Source of the DNA: an uncultured Staphylococcaceae bacterium
GTDB taxonomy: Bacteria; Bacillota_I; Bacilli_A; ML615J-28; CAG-313
Length of the DNA: 64,000 bases
Direction: 5' to 3'
NCBI GenBank assembly: GCA_964541525.1
Contig: CAZIQF010000005.1
Location: 5,114 to 69,113, forward strand
Shown here one piece after another: positions 10,550 through 19,755 of this stretch. The notes below the pieces were generated by a model. The model made no database searches and had not been told where the DNA came from. It was given only the letters and a program-made list of their open reading frames with translations. Within the stretch, counting starts at the first letter, position 1. Each line of letters opens with the position of its first letter. Made by a program: the position numbers and the translations under genes.

Positions 10550-10608
10550 ACTATCAAATATTTTGCAGAAAATGCTAATTAAAAAACTAGGAAATATTTA
10601 ATAGTTCC
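10550..10608 (+). repeat. Right copy of the gap 3'-end direct repeat, followed by T8
   Basis: GACTATCAAATATTTTGCAGAAAATGCTAATTAAAAAACTAGGAAATATTTAATAGTTCC then TTTTTTTT. About 92% identical to 8972-9032. It carries a 1-nt deletion in the A-run relative to the coding copy. Confidence 0.85.
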
Positions 10609-10663
10609 TTTTTTTTCTAAAAAAAATAAAAATATGTTATAATGTTAATCGAGGTATAAAAAA

Positions 10664-11332
10664 GTGAAAATAGATGGTTTAGAAATAAAGGCAGTCATCT
10701 TTGACTTAGATGGAACATTACTAGATTCATGTTCAATTTGGACGGATGTTGATAGAAACTTCTTTGAAAAAAGAAATATGAAAATGCCAGTTGATTATTC
10801 CGAAGCAATTGGTCATTTAGGACTAGATAAAGCTGCAGAATACACAATTAATCGGTTTAATTTAAAGGAAGACAAGATGGATATTATCAAAGAATGGAAA
10901 CAAGATGTATTACATAAATATGCAACCGAAGTTAAATTAAAACCAGGGGTAAAAGAGTTTTTAAGTATCTTAAAAGCACAGCATATTCCCTTTTGTGCCG
11001 CTACTGCAAATGATGAAGATTGTTATAAGAGTTGTTTAATTCACAATGGCATATATGATGATTTTGATTTTATTTTAGAAGTTAATCATTTTAAAGATGG
11101 TAAAGATAAACCAACTATTTATTTAGAAGCAGCAAAAAGATTAAATACTACTAAAGAATATTGCTTAGTTTGTGAAGATTTAGCTATTCCGATTCTTACT
11201 TGTAAAAAGTCAGGGTTTATTCCTTGCGCAATCTATGAAGTATCATGTAAAGAGGAAACTGAAAAAGCCTTAAACGCAAGATTTTATATCAAAGATTTTA
11301 GAGAACTAATCGAGAAGATAACCAATGATTAA
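10664..11332 (+). CDS. HAD-superfamily hydrolase (beta-phosphoglucomutase-like subfamily), GTG start
   Basis: Motif I VIFDLDGTLLDS. 222 aa. RBS GAGGT. Overlaps the next gene by 8 nt. Confidence 0.75.
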   Translation: MKIDGLEIKAVIFDLDGTLLDSCSIWTDVDRNFFEKRNMKMPVDYSEAIGHLGLDKAAEYTINRFNLKEDKMDIIKEWKQDVLHKYATEVKLKPGVKEFLSILKAQHIPFCAATANDEDCYKSCLIHNGIYDDFDFILEVNHFKDGKDKPTIYLEAAKRLNTTKEYCLVCEDLAIPILTCKKSGFIPCAIYEVSCKEETEKALNARFYIKDFRELIEKITND

Positions 11333-11927
11333 CATATATATCGTTGATAGCAAAAAAATTAATATTAAGGATGATTTTTATAATCATCTTCCCTCAAGAA
11401 AACTTAAAAAGGTCCAAGCTAGTACCAATGAACTATTTATTAAAGAGCAATTAATATCACAACGATTATTAAATGATATTTTAGAATCAGATTATGAATT
11501 AGATTTAGCAACAATTGAATATGTATACAATGAGCAAGGAAAACCTTATTTAAAAGATTTAGATCTATATTTTTCCGTTAGTCACTCAAATGGTGTGATT
11601 GCAGTAGGTGTAAATGAAGCAGAGTTTGGCATTGACCTTGAATTAGTTAAAGCGGTTCCATCAAAAGTCATCACAAAAGTTTTAACACCTAATGAATTAA
11701 ATATATATAGCACATTAAATGAAAAAGCAAAATCAGAGTACTTTTTTAAAATTTGGACAAAAAAAGAAGCAATCGTCAAAAAGCAAGGTACATCAATTGT
11801 TTTTAATGCAAATAAAATTGAAACTGATGAAAATATATATACAACAAGTTTTAAATTAGGCCATGAACAATATATATTATCATCAACAATTTCAGATGTA
11901 AAATTAATTATAAAGGAGAAAATTTAA
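11325..11927 (+). CDS. 4'-phosphopantetheinyl transferase, Sfp type
   Basis: GKPYL, FSVSHSNGVIAVGV, FGIDLE and W.KKEAIVK motifs, characteristic of Sfp/EntD-type PPTases. Confidence 0.75.
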   Translation: MINIYIVDSKKINIKDDFYNHLPSRKLKKVQASTNELFIKEQLISQRLLNDILESDYELDLATIEYVYNEQGKPYLKDLDLYFSVSHSNGVIAVGVNEAEFGIDLELVKAVPSKVITKVLTPNELNIYSTLNEKAKSEYFFKIWTKKEAIVKKQGTSIVFNANKIETDENIYTTSFKLGHEQYILSSTISDVKLIIKEKI

Positions 11928-11928
11928 A

Positions 11929-12684
11929 ATGAAATATTCATATTTAGGCCATGAATTAAATGTTGATTTATGGGAATCAAAAGAAGCCTTATTTAGAAGT
12001 TTTTATACTGACTTTTATTCATTCATCAAAAATCATGATGGTGAAACCGATTTATTAGCTCATAACATTCATAATGCCGAAGACTTTATTCATTATGCAG
12101 ACTATTATGCTGATGGTAAAGAAAACTGTTATGCAATGGGATTTAGTTTTCATAAATACTATTTACACGCAAGAATGGACGGAAGCCTAGAATCAGAACC
12201 AACAACATCATTTATCGGTTGGTGTTATCATAATCATAAATATCTTGATTTTCTAAACTTCTTAGTCACTTTCTTCGCATGGTGGCGTAATGATGAGGGA
12301 TGTACAAGAATGGACCCATATAACTATGCTGATAATTTCTTTGTATCTAGTTGGGCAGCATTAGTAGATACATCAAAACTATTCTATTTTACATCCGAAA
12401 CTGTTTATTTCTGGCAAAGTTATCGAGTAAAATATGTATTAGATAATATCCCTGGAACTTTTAAAACTGATCTTCCAACTGCTGGTCTTCCAAAAGTTAG
12501 AATTTCAGGCTATGAATTCTTAGGTTGGGTCGATCAAGATGGTAATGAATTAAAGAAAGATCAAACATATGATATTGTCTACGCATCATTAAAACGTAAA
12601 GATTTCTACGATTATTGGGGAAAAGAAGAAAAACAAATTAAGAAAGTTTATGTAGATAACTGGACAAAAGTGGATCCTGCATAA
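11929..12684 (+). CDS. Hypothetical aromatic-rich (W/Y/F/H) protein, no recognisable family
   Basis: 251 aa ORF tightly packed between the PPTase (2 nt gap) and yqeY. No signal peptide or transmembrane helix. Confidence 0.6.
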   Translation: MKYSYLGHELNVDLWESKEALFRSFYTDFYSFIKNHDGETDLLAHNIHNAEDFIHYADYYADGKENCYAMGFSFHKYYLHARMDGSLESEPTTSFIGWCYHNHKYLDFLNFLVTFFAWWRNDEGCTRMDPYNYADNFFVSSWAALVDTSKLFYFTSETVYFWQSYRVKYVLDNIPGTFKTDLPTAGLPKVRISGYEFLGWVDQDGNELKKDQTYDIVYASLKRKDFYDYWGKEEKQIKKVYVDNWTKVDPA

Positions 12685-12700
12685 AAGAGGAGGAAAATAT

Positions 12701-13126
12701 ATGTTAATTGATGAATTAAAAAAAGCTCAAATGGAGGCTTTAAAACAAAAAGATCCAATTACAAGAAGTATTCTACAAATTGTAACTGGCAAAGCGAAAT
12801 TAGTTGAAATTGAAAAAAGAACAAAAAACGAAAGTTTAACTGATACAGATGTCCTACAAGTGATTTCCAAAACAATTAAAGAACTAGAAGAAGAATTAAT
12901 TGCCTTTGAAAAAGCATCAAGACAAGAAAAAGTTGAAGAATTACAACAACAAAAACAAGTATTAGAAAAATACTTACCAAAACAACTAACAGAACAAGAA
13001 ATTAAAGCCGAAATCGAAAAACTAGAAGATAAAACATTACCAAATATTATGAAACATTTTAAAATGAATTTCCAAGGTCAATGTGATATGAAACTAGTAA
13101 ATAAAATAGCATCAGAATATAAATAA
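12701..13126 (+). CDS. yqeY: GatB/YqeY domain protein
   Basis: MLIDELKKAQMEALKQKDPITRSILQ.. is the typical YqeY N-terminus. 141 aa. Terminator AGAGGACAAAATCGTCCTCTTTT at about 13133-13160. Confidence 0.7.
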   Translation: MLIDELKKAQMEALKQKDPITRSILQIVTGKAKLVEIEKRTKNESLTDTDVLQVISKTIKELEEELIAFEKASRQEKVEELQQQKQVLEKYLPKQLTEQEIKAEIEKLEDKTLPNIMKHFKMNFQGQCDMKLVNKIASEYK

Positions 13127-13306
13127 AAACTTTAGAGGACAAAATCGTCCTCTTTTATTTTATATTGAAAATAGAATCTAGATTAAATTTGCGTTAATAA
13201 AAAAATATACGAAAGAAAAAAATGAAAAAAAGGCAAAAACTATCAAAAAATGTATGAAAAAAAGGGCAAAATGCGATATAATAATATTGGTGGTGATAAT
13301 ATGTTA

Positions 13307-14662
13307 TGAGAAAAAGAATAAAAGATATTAGTGAATGGGCTAATCATAGTAAAAAAGCATTGTTAGTAACAGGGCTAGACAAATAGGTAAAACATATATT
13401 ATTAGACATGTTTTACAACAAGAACAATATGATTATGTTGAATTCAATCTAATTAATCAACCTGAAATAATCAAAATTTTAGAAACTGCACGAGCAGGTG
13501 ATGTTCAAACCTTTTTAGAAAGACTTACTATTGCGACTTCTAAAGAGTTAATTAAAGGAAAAACAATCATCTTTTTTGATGAAGTTCAAGAATATAAAGA
13601 AATTGTAACTAAAATTAAATTCTTAGTTGAAGAAGGCAGCTTTAAATATATTTTAAGTGGATCATTATTAGGAGTGGAGTTAGTAGGATTAAAGTCTGCA
13701 CCCGTTGGCTATTTAGATACAATTGAAATGTTTCCACTTGATTTTGAAGAATATATTTATGCTTTAAAGATTAAGCAAGAAACGATAACAAAATTAAAAG
13801 AGTGTTTTAACCATCGTAAACCAGTTGATTCATATGTTCATGAAAAAATGCTTGAAGCTTTTAAAACCTATCTTTTAGTAGGTGGGATGCCAGAGGCAGT
13901 TGATTCGTATATTAACAATCATGATTATAATAAAATATATATAATTCATCAAAATATTATTAATCAATATAAATTAGATTTTACTAAATATGATCGTTTG
14001 CATAAGTTGAAGCTAATTAAAATTTATGACTTAATTCCTTCAGAATTATCTGATCAAAATAAACGATATATATTTAAGCATTTAGATAATAATATTAAAA
14101 TTGATCGCTATGAAAATAGTTTTAATTGGTTAATTGATGCAGGAGTAGCAATCCCAGTATATAATGTAACCGAACCAAGATTGCGGTTAAAGATTAATAT
14201 GAAGAGTAGTTTATTTAAATTGTTCCTATCTGATATAGGTTTATTAACAAGTTTATATGGAAGAACAACACAAATGGCAATTATTAATGATGATAAGTCA
14301 CTTAATTGTGGTGCTATATATGAGAATGTAGTTGCACAAGAATTAAATGCTCATGGTTTTGATGGATATTATTTCAATAGTCACAAACAAGGCGAATTAG
14401 ATTTTGGATTAAATATCAAGATTATGTTGCACCAATCGAGGTTAAGAGCGGAAAAGATTATCAAAAATATACTGCTCTACATAATGCATTAAAGAATGAA
14501 AGCTATGGGATAAAGAATGCATTTGTATTATCCAATGCTAATGTATCACAAGATGGAAACATTGTGTATTATCCTATTTATAGGATTATGTTTTTTCAGA
14601 ATAATTTAATTGACAATTTAATTTTAAAAAAATTGACTGATCTGACTTATAATATATTTTGA
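13307..14662 (+). pseudogene. AAA+ ATPase of the AAA_14/DUF4143 type, disrupted by at least two frameshifts
   Basis: MRKRIKDISEWANHSKKALLVTG stops after ..GLDK. The expected Walker A ALLVTGARQIGKTY is restored by adding one G to the GGG run at about 13368. The reading frame continues to 14492. A second shift near 14415 restores the conserved C-terminus ..YVAPIEVKSGKDYQKY.., which ends at 14662. Confidence 0.75.
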
Positions 14663-14951
14663 TTATTGTATCAAGATTATCTTTAATAATTAATTTTTTA
14701 TAAATTATTTTATTTGACAAATTATTCAGCAATCATCAAATTGATCAACTAAAATAACAGCAACTTATCGGACAAAAATTTTATTTTATGTTATAATGAT
14801 AATTGAAGTTAAGATAAAGATCGTATAAAATCGATAATAAGGATCGATTGTATCTACCATATCACCTTAAATGATATGACTACGATTAATTATAAAGCTT
14901 TGTTTGTTTATAATTTTTCGTTTTTATGATATTTATCTAATATCTAAAATT

Positions 14952-14985
14952 CCCCTAATACCAAAAAGTATTAGGGTGTTTTTTA
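14952..14985 (+). terminator. Rho-independent terminator
   Basis: CCCCTAATAC-caaaaa-GTATTAGGGTG followed by TTTTTT. Confidence 0.6.
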
Positions 14986-15064
14986 TTGGATTTAAGTTCT
15001 TTTCTCTTTATTAAAATTATGAAATATGATAAAATAATATAAATGATTTAAGAGGTAAAAAAAT

Positions 15065-16366
15065 ATGAGTGAAAAATTAATCTATTTAGCAGAACGTTAT
15101 GATTTAGTAATTGGTGATACATTTGAATTATTTTATCGAGGAATTATTAAATCTATGAATCCATATAAATATTATATTCATATTTCATCTTTGAAGGGAC
15201 GACCATATCCAAGATATTATACATATACACCAGTGGATGGTGAAGAAGGCGATTATGAATTAGAAGTTAGTTTATATGATGATCATCATCACCTAATTGA
15301 AAAAGCGAAAACAACTTTGCATGTTGTAAAACCAGTAGCTCCTAAACGTAAAATGAACATCTTATGTTTTGGTGATTCAATCACTTTTAATGGTGTATGG
15401 CCTTATGAAGGTTATCGTCGATTTACAGCTGAAGATGGTAACCCCAAGGGACTAGGATTTAAAGATAGCCTTAATCTAATTGGGACTTGTAAAAAAGATG
15501 AAATTGGTTATGAAGGTTATGGTGGTTGGCAATGGTGTCATTTTGCTGGTAATGAAGCTGTATCGACTACCTCATCAGTATGGATTAAAGTCAAAAATCA
15601 TCATCTTGATGAAAATGACCAACATAGCTGCTGGAAATCTGCTAATCTAAATTGGGTATTAGAATCAATTGAAAAAGATCGACTTAAATTTAAACGGGGA
15701 GCAGGCAATTATTCATGTTTACCACAAATTGGCGAAGTCTTTACTAATGTTGATGGAGGAATTCATACTGAAGATCTTAATGTTGAAAGTTATGAATTTG
15801 AAAAAGGCAATCCATTCTATGATGAAGCAATTAAAGGACCTAACTTTAAAAAATATGTTTTAGATAATCACTTTGATGGATTAGATTATGTATATATCTT
15901 ACTTACATGGAATGGTCAATATACACCTTATAATAACGATTTTTCCCATTTTGAACCACATATTGTAAAAATTCTAAACCGACTTCATGAAGATTATCCT
16001 CTTGCAAAGGTTCGTTTAATTGGAATTCAAAGTCCATCCATTAATGGTGGTATTGCTGCTAATTATGGTGCTAGTGGCTTATATTCTGATGTATTCGGTG
16101 AAGTAACAACTGCTTATAATTATAATCTTTATTTGGAAAACCTATGTAAGAAAGACGAATATAGCTCATTCTGTCGCTACATAGATTTAAAAGCCCAATT
16201 TGATGTTGAATACAATATGCCATCTACAATGTTAAAAGTTAATTCAAGAAGTATGATTGAAGAACGAATTGGAACTAATGGCGTTCACCCAACTATGGAA
16301 GGTTATTTACAAATTGGTGATGTTTTCTATCGTGCTTTAGTAGCCGATATGAAAGAAGAGGCATAA
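15065..16366 (+). CDS. SGNH/GDSL-family hydrolase, cytoplasmic, with an N-terminal extension
   Basis: GDS block ILCFGDSITFNG and C-terminal DGVHP (DxxH) block. No signal peptide. 433 aa. Confidence 0.6.
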   Translation: MSEKLIYLAERYDLVIGDTFELFYRGIIKSMNPYKYYIHISSLKGRPYPRYYTYTPVDGEEGDYELEVSLYDDHHHLIEKAKTTLHVVKPVAPKRKMNILCFGDSITFNGVWPYEGYRRFTAEDGNPKGLGFKDSLNLIGTCKKDEIGYEGYGGWQWCHFAGNEAVSTTSSVWIKVKNHHLDENDQHSCWKSANLNWVLESIEKDRLKFKRGAGNYSCLPQIGEVFTNVDGGIHTEDLNVESYEFEKGNPFYDEAIKGPNFKKYVLDNHFDGLDYVYILLTWNGQYTPYNNDFSHFEPHIVKILNRLHEDYPLAKVRLIGIQSPSINGGIAANYGASGLYSDVFGEVTTAYNYNLYLENLCKKDEYSSFCRYIDLKAQFDVEYNMPSTMLKVNSRSMIEERIGTNGVHPTMEGYLQIGDVFYRALVADMKEEA

Positions 16367-16367
16367 A

Positions 16368-17654
16368 ATGCCCACCATTATTATTGCATTAATAACCATT
16401 TTATTAATTATAACTTCAATTTTATTCTTTCCAACAATTAAAATTAAAAATATTAATCTTTCAACTTATTGGGTGATAGCCTTAATTGGTGCTCTTTTGT
16501 TGTTAATCTTTAGAGAAGTAGCGTTAAATGAATTAATAATGAGTTTTTTCCAAAGCAAGATCGGTCCTTTACAAATCCTAATTTTATTTATTTCTATGAC
16601 AATTATCTCGATTTTTTTAGATGAAGTAGGATTCTTTAAAAAATTAGCATGTATTGTGACAAAAAAGGCTAGAGGTAAACAATTAACATTATTTTTATAC
16701 TTATATATCTTAACTAGTGTGCTAACCATTTTCACATCAAACGACATTATTATTTTAACGTTTACACCATTTATATGTTATTTTGCTCATCACGTCAAAA
16801 TTAATCCCTTACCCTTTTTAGTTGGTGAATTTATTGCTGCTAACACTTGGAGTATGATGCTAATTATTGGTAATCCGACTAATATCTATATTGCATCAAG
16901 TTTTGAAATTGATTTTGTAAGTTACTTTTTGAAGATGTTTATTCCAACATTAGTCACTGGAATATTATCAATGTTTTTATTATTATTAATTTTTAAAAAG
17001 CAATTAGTTAAACCGATTGAATCAAGTACGGAAGATATTGAAATTAAAGATCAATTTTTATTAGTTTTAGGAATTATTGTTTTAAGTATTACCACTATTT
17101 TACTAGCAATATCATCATATATTCATCTTAAGATGTGGTTAATTAGCTTAGTGATGGTAATTATCTTATTAGTTATTGCTGGTAGTTATTTATTAATCAA
17201 AAGAAAATCATTAAAAATACTTAATTGTACTTTAAAAAAAGCTCCTTGGACTTTAATTCCCTTTTTACTATCGATGTTTACAATTATTTTTGCATTATCA
17301 AAAATAGGGTTAATCACAAATTTTGCCAAATTCTTTATCAATCATCATGATAATTTCACATATGGAATTATTTCTTTCCTTAGTTGTAATGTACTAAATA
17401 ATATTCCTATGAGTGTTTTATTTACCGATATTCTAGTTAAATCTGGTGCTTCAATTAGTAATGTATATAGTGTGATTGCAGCATCTAATATTGGTGCTTA
17501 TCTTACTCCACTGGGGGCTTTAGCTGGGATTATGTGGATGGGACTATTAAAAGAACAGCATATTGATTTTTCTTTTATGCGATTCGTCAAATATGGTGTA
17601 GTTTTATCTTTACCAGCAATTATCGTAGCAATTTTAATGATTACAATTATTTAA
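16368..17654 (+). CDS. Polytopic permease, ArsB/NhaD-like (anion permease superfamily)
   Basis: 428 aa, at least 10 transmembrane helices. Starts 2 nt after the SGNH gene. Family assignment from overall topology only. Confidence 0.4.
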   Translation: MPTIIIALITILLIITSILFFPTIKIKNINLSTYWVIALIGALLLLIFREVALNELIMSFFQSKIGPLQILILFISMTIISIFLDEVGFFKKLACIVTKKARGKQLTLFLYLYILTSVLTIFTSNDIIILTFTPFICYFAHHVKINPLPFLVGEFIAANTWSMMLIIGNPTNIYIASSFEIDFVSYFLKMFIPTLVTGILSMFLLLLIFKKQLVKPIESSTEDIEIKDQFLLVLGIIVLSITTILLAISSYIHLKMWLISLVMVIILLVIAGSYLLIKRKSLKILNCTLKKAPWTLIPFLLSMFTIIFALSKIGLITNFAKFFINHHDNFTYGIISFLSCNVLNNIPMSVLFTDILVKSGASISNVYSVIAASNIGAYLTPLGALAGIMWMGLLKEQHIDFSFMRFVKYGVVLSLPAIIVAILMITII

Positions 17655-17731
17655 AAAAATTAAATCTATGATATAATTAGTTAAGAAGAAATCAAGAATT
17701 TAGATAATTAATCAAGAAAGGATTAAAAGAT

Positions 17732-19276
17732 ATGAAATTAAAAACGGTCAAAGAAATGACATTGAAAGAAAAATTAGGTCAATTAATCTTGCCAGGTTTT
17801 CATTCAACAACCTATGATGAACAAATTAGAACGTTAATTGAAGATTATCATGTAGGTAATGTTATTTTATTTACAAGAAATTTTTCTTCAGGAGCACAAA
17901 TTAGAGAACTCACACAAAAGATTCATGAAGAAGTATATAAACACACAGGTCATATTCCATTTATTGCTATTGATCAAGAAGGTGGATTAGTTACAAGAAT
18001 GATGAAAGATGTAACATTTGCACCAGGACCAATGACTTGTTCAGCAGCTGGTGAAGATGCCAGTTACTATGCGGGTAAAATGCTTGCATGTGATATGATT
18101 AGATTAGGAATGAATTTAAATTTAGCACCTAGTCTAGATACTAATAATAATCCGAATAATCCGGTCATTAATGTAAGAAGTTATTCTGATGATCCAAAAG
18201 TAGTTGCTGAATTAGGCAAAAGATTCATTAAAGGTTGTAGCGAATATGGAGTACTTGCTTGTGCAAAACACTTTCCAGGACATGGTGATTGTGAAGTAGA
18301 TTCCCATTTAGGACTCCCAACAATCAATCATAGTAATGAAAGAATTCATGAAGTTGAAATGTATCCATTCAAAGCCAATATTGATGTTCCAGCAATTATG
18401 AGTGCTCATATTATGTTTCCATCTTATGATATATATCCAGCAACCCTTTCAAAAAAAATCTTAAAAGGAATTTTAAGAGAAGAATTAAACTTCAAAGGAT
18501 TAATTCTAACTGATTGTCTAGAAATGAAAGCAATTGCTGACATGTATGGTACAGCAGAAGGTGCTTGTATGGCCATTTTAGCTGGTGCTGATCTTTGTGA
18601 TATTAGTCATACATTAGAATATCAAATTAAAGCTCTTGAGTTAATTGAACAAGCAGTAAATGATGGAAGACTACCAATTGCAGAATTGGATGAAAAAGTT
18701 GAACGAATCTTGAAATTTAAAGAACAAACGTTGCCTTATTTAAATCAATATTTCTATAATCATGAAATGGAATATAGTGAAGAAAACAAGCAATTATCCA
18801 AACAAATTGTTAATCGTTCACTAACTAAAGTACTTGGTAATGATGTTGTATTAACGCCTAAAACATTAGTAATTGCCCCAAGAGCGATTGCCAAAACGAT
18901 TATTGAAGATGAATTTGATGAACGTAATCTTGCAAAAGTACTTAAAAAAGAATTTAATAATTTAGAAGTTTATGAATTAGAAGAAACCAAGGAATTTGCG
19001 GATTTAGTTAATGAAAAAGCAAAATGCTCTGATCAAATTATTGTTTTTAGTTATAACGCAGTAACATCGCCAAAACAAGTAGCGTTTATTAATAATCTAT
19101 TAGCACAACATAATGTAACAGTTATTTCTTTGAAAGGACCAATGGATTACCATAAATATCAAAATCTAAAGAATTATTTATGTTTATATGAATATACGCC
19201 TAATTCAATTCAAACGGTTGTATCATATTTTAAAGGTGAAATTAAACCTCTAGGTAAGTTAACAATTAAACTTTAA
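17732..19276 (+). CDS. nagZ: Glycoside hydrolase family 3 beta-N-acetylhexosaminidase (NagZ-like)
   Basis: KHFPGHGD..DSH and the GH3 N-terminal domain pattern. 514 aa. Confidence 0.75.
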   Translation: MKLKTVKEMTLKEKLGQLILPGFHSTTYDEQIRTLIEDYHVGNVILFTRNFSSGAQIRELTQKIHEEVYKHTGHIPFIAIDQEGGLVTRMMKDVTFAPGPMTCSAAGEDASYYAGKMLACDMIRLGMNLNLAPSLDTNNNPNNPVINVRSYSDDPKVVAELGKRFIKGCSEYGVLACAKHFPGHGDCEVDSHLGLPTINHSNERIHEVEMYPFKANIDVPAIMSAHIMFPSYDIYPATLSKKILKGILREELNFKGLILTDCLEMKAIADMYGTAEGACMAILAGADLCDISHTLEYQIKALELIEQAVNDGRLPIAELDEKVERILKFKEQTLPYLNQYFYNHEMEYSEENKQLSKQIVNRSLTKVLGNDVVLTPKTLVIAPRAIAKTIIEDEFDERNLAKVLKKEFNNLEVYELEETKEFADLVNEKAKCSDQIIVFSYNAVTSPKQVAFINNLLAQHNVTVISLKGPMDYHKYQNLKNYLCLYEYTPNSIQTVVSYFKGEIKPLGKLTIKL

Positions 19277-19280
19277 AAAA

Positions 19281-19320
19281 AGGTAAAAAACGAATCAATT
19301 CGTTTATTTACCCTTTTTTA
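19281..19320. terminator. Bidirectional hairpin terminator between convergent genes
   Basis: GGTAAAAAACGAAT-caa-TTCGTTTATTTACC flanked by A- and T-runs. Confidence 0.55.
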
Positions 19321-19668
19321 TCTTTTTTCCGTATAACAAGTAGCGTTGATAATTTTAATTTTAACTTGATATGATGAATTATTATTAGGTATAGGCTGAT
19401 TAAAAGCTGTAGAAGATACACAAGCATTGCCATCAATAATTAAATAATAAATTTGATATTCATCACATACAGTAATATAAAGCGTTAAATCAGGATGCTT
19501 AAGCAGATTATTTAAAGTATTATTATAAGCTGTAAATGTAATTATTAAATCTGAATTTAAAACATCAAAATAATAATTACATGGTAATACTAAAATATCA
19601 TTATTGAAAGTAGATATTAATAAACATTTATTTGTTGAAGTTAAAATTTTTTTAATTTCATTAGTCAT
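19318..19668 (-). CDS. Small hypothetical protein, possibly PPOX-class split-barrel
   Basis: 116 aa from the ATG preceded by RBS AGGTGA. The ORF-track N-terminal extension is unlikely to be translated. Confidence 0.4.
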   Translation of the reverse strand: MTNEIKKILTSTNKCLLISTFNNDILVLPCNYYFDVLNSDLIITFTAYNNTLNNLLKHPDLTLYITVCDEYQIYYLIIDGNACVSSTAFNQPIPNNNSSYQVKIKIINATCYTEKR

Positions 19669-19755
19669 TTTATCACCTATTGTAATATATGATAAAAGAA
19701 GCAATTTGGTTTTTATTTTTATTAAAAAAGGTATAATAGTAAAGAGGTTAAAAAT

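Noticed and set aside
9002-10663. CRISPR array or IS element in the long non-coding stretch after gap
   Set aside because: No regularly spaced direct repeats and no transposase ORF. The structure is explained by the flanking ~60-bp duplication and the TA cassette.
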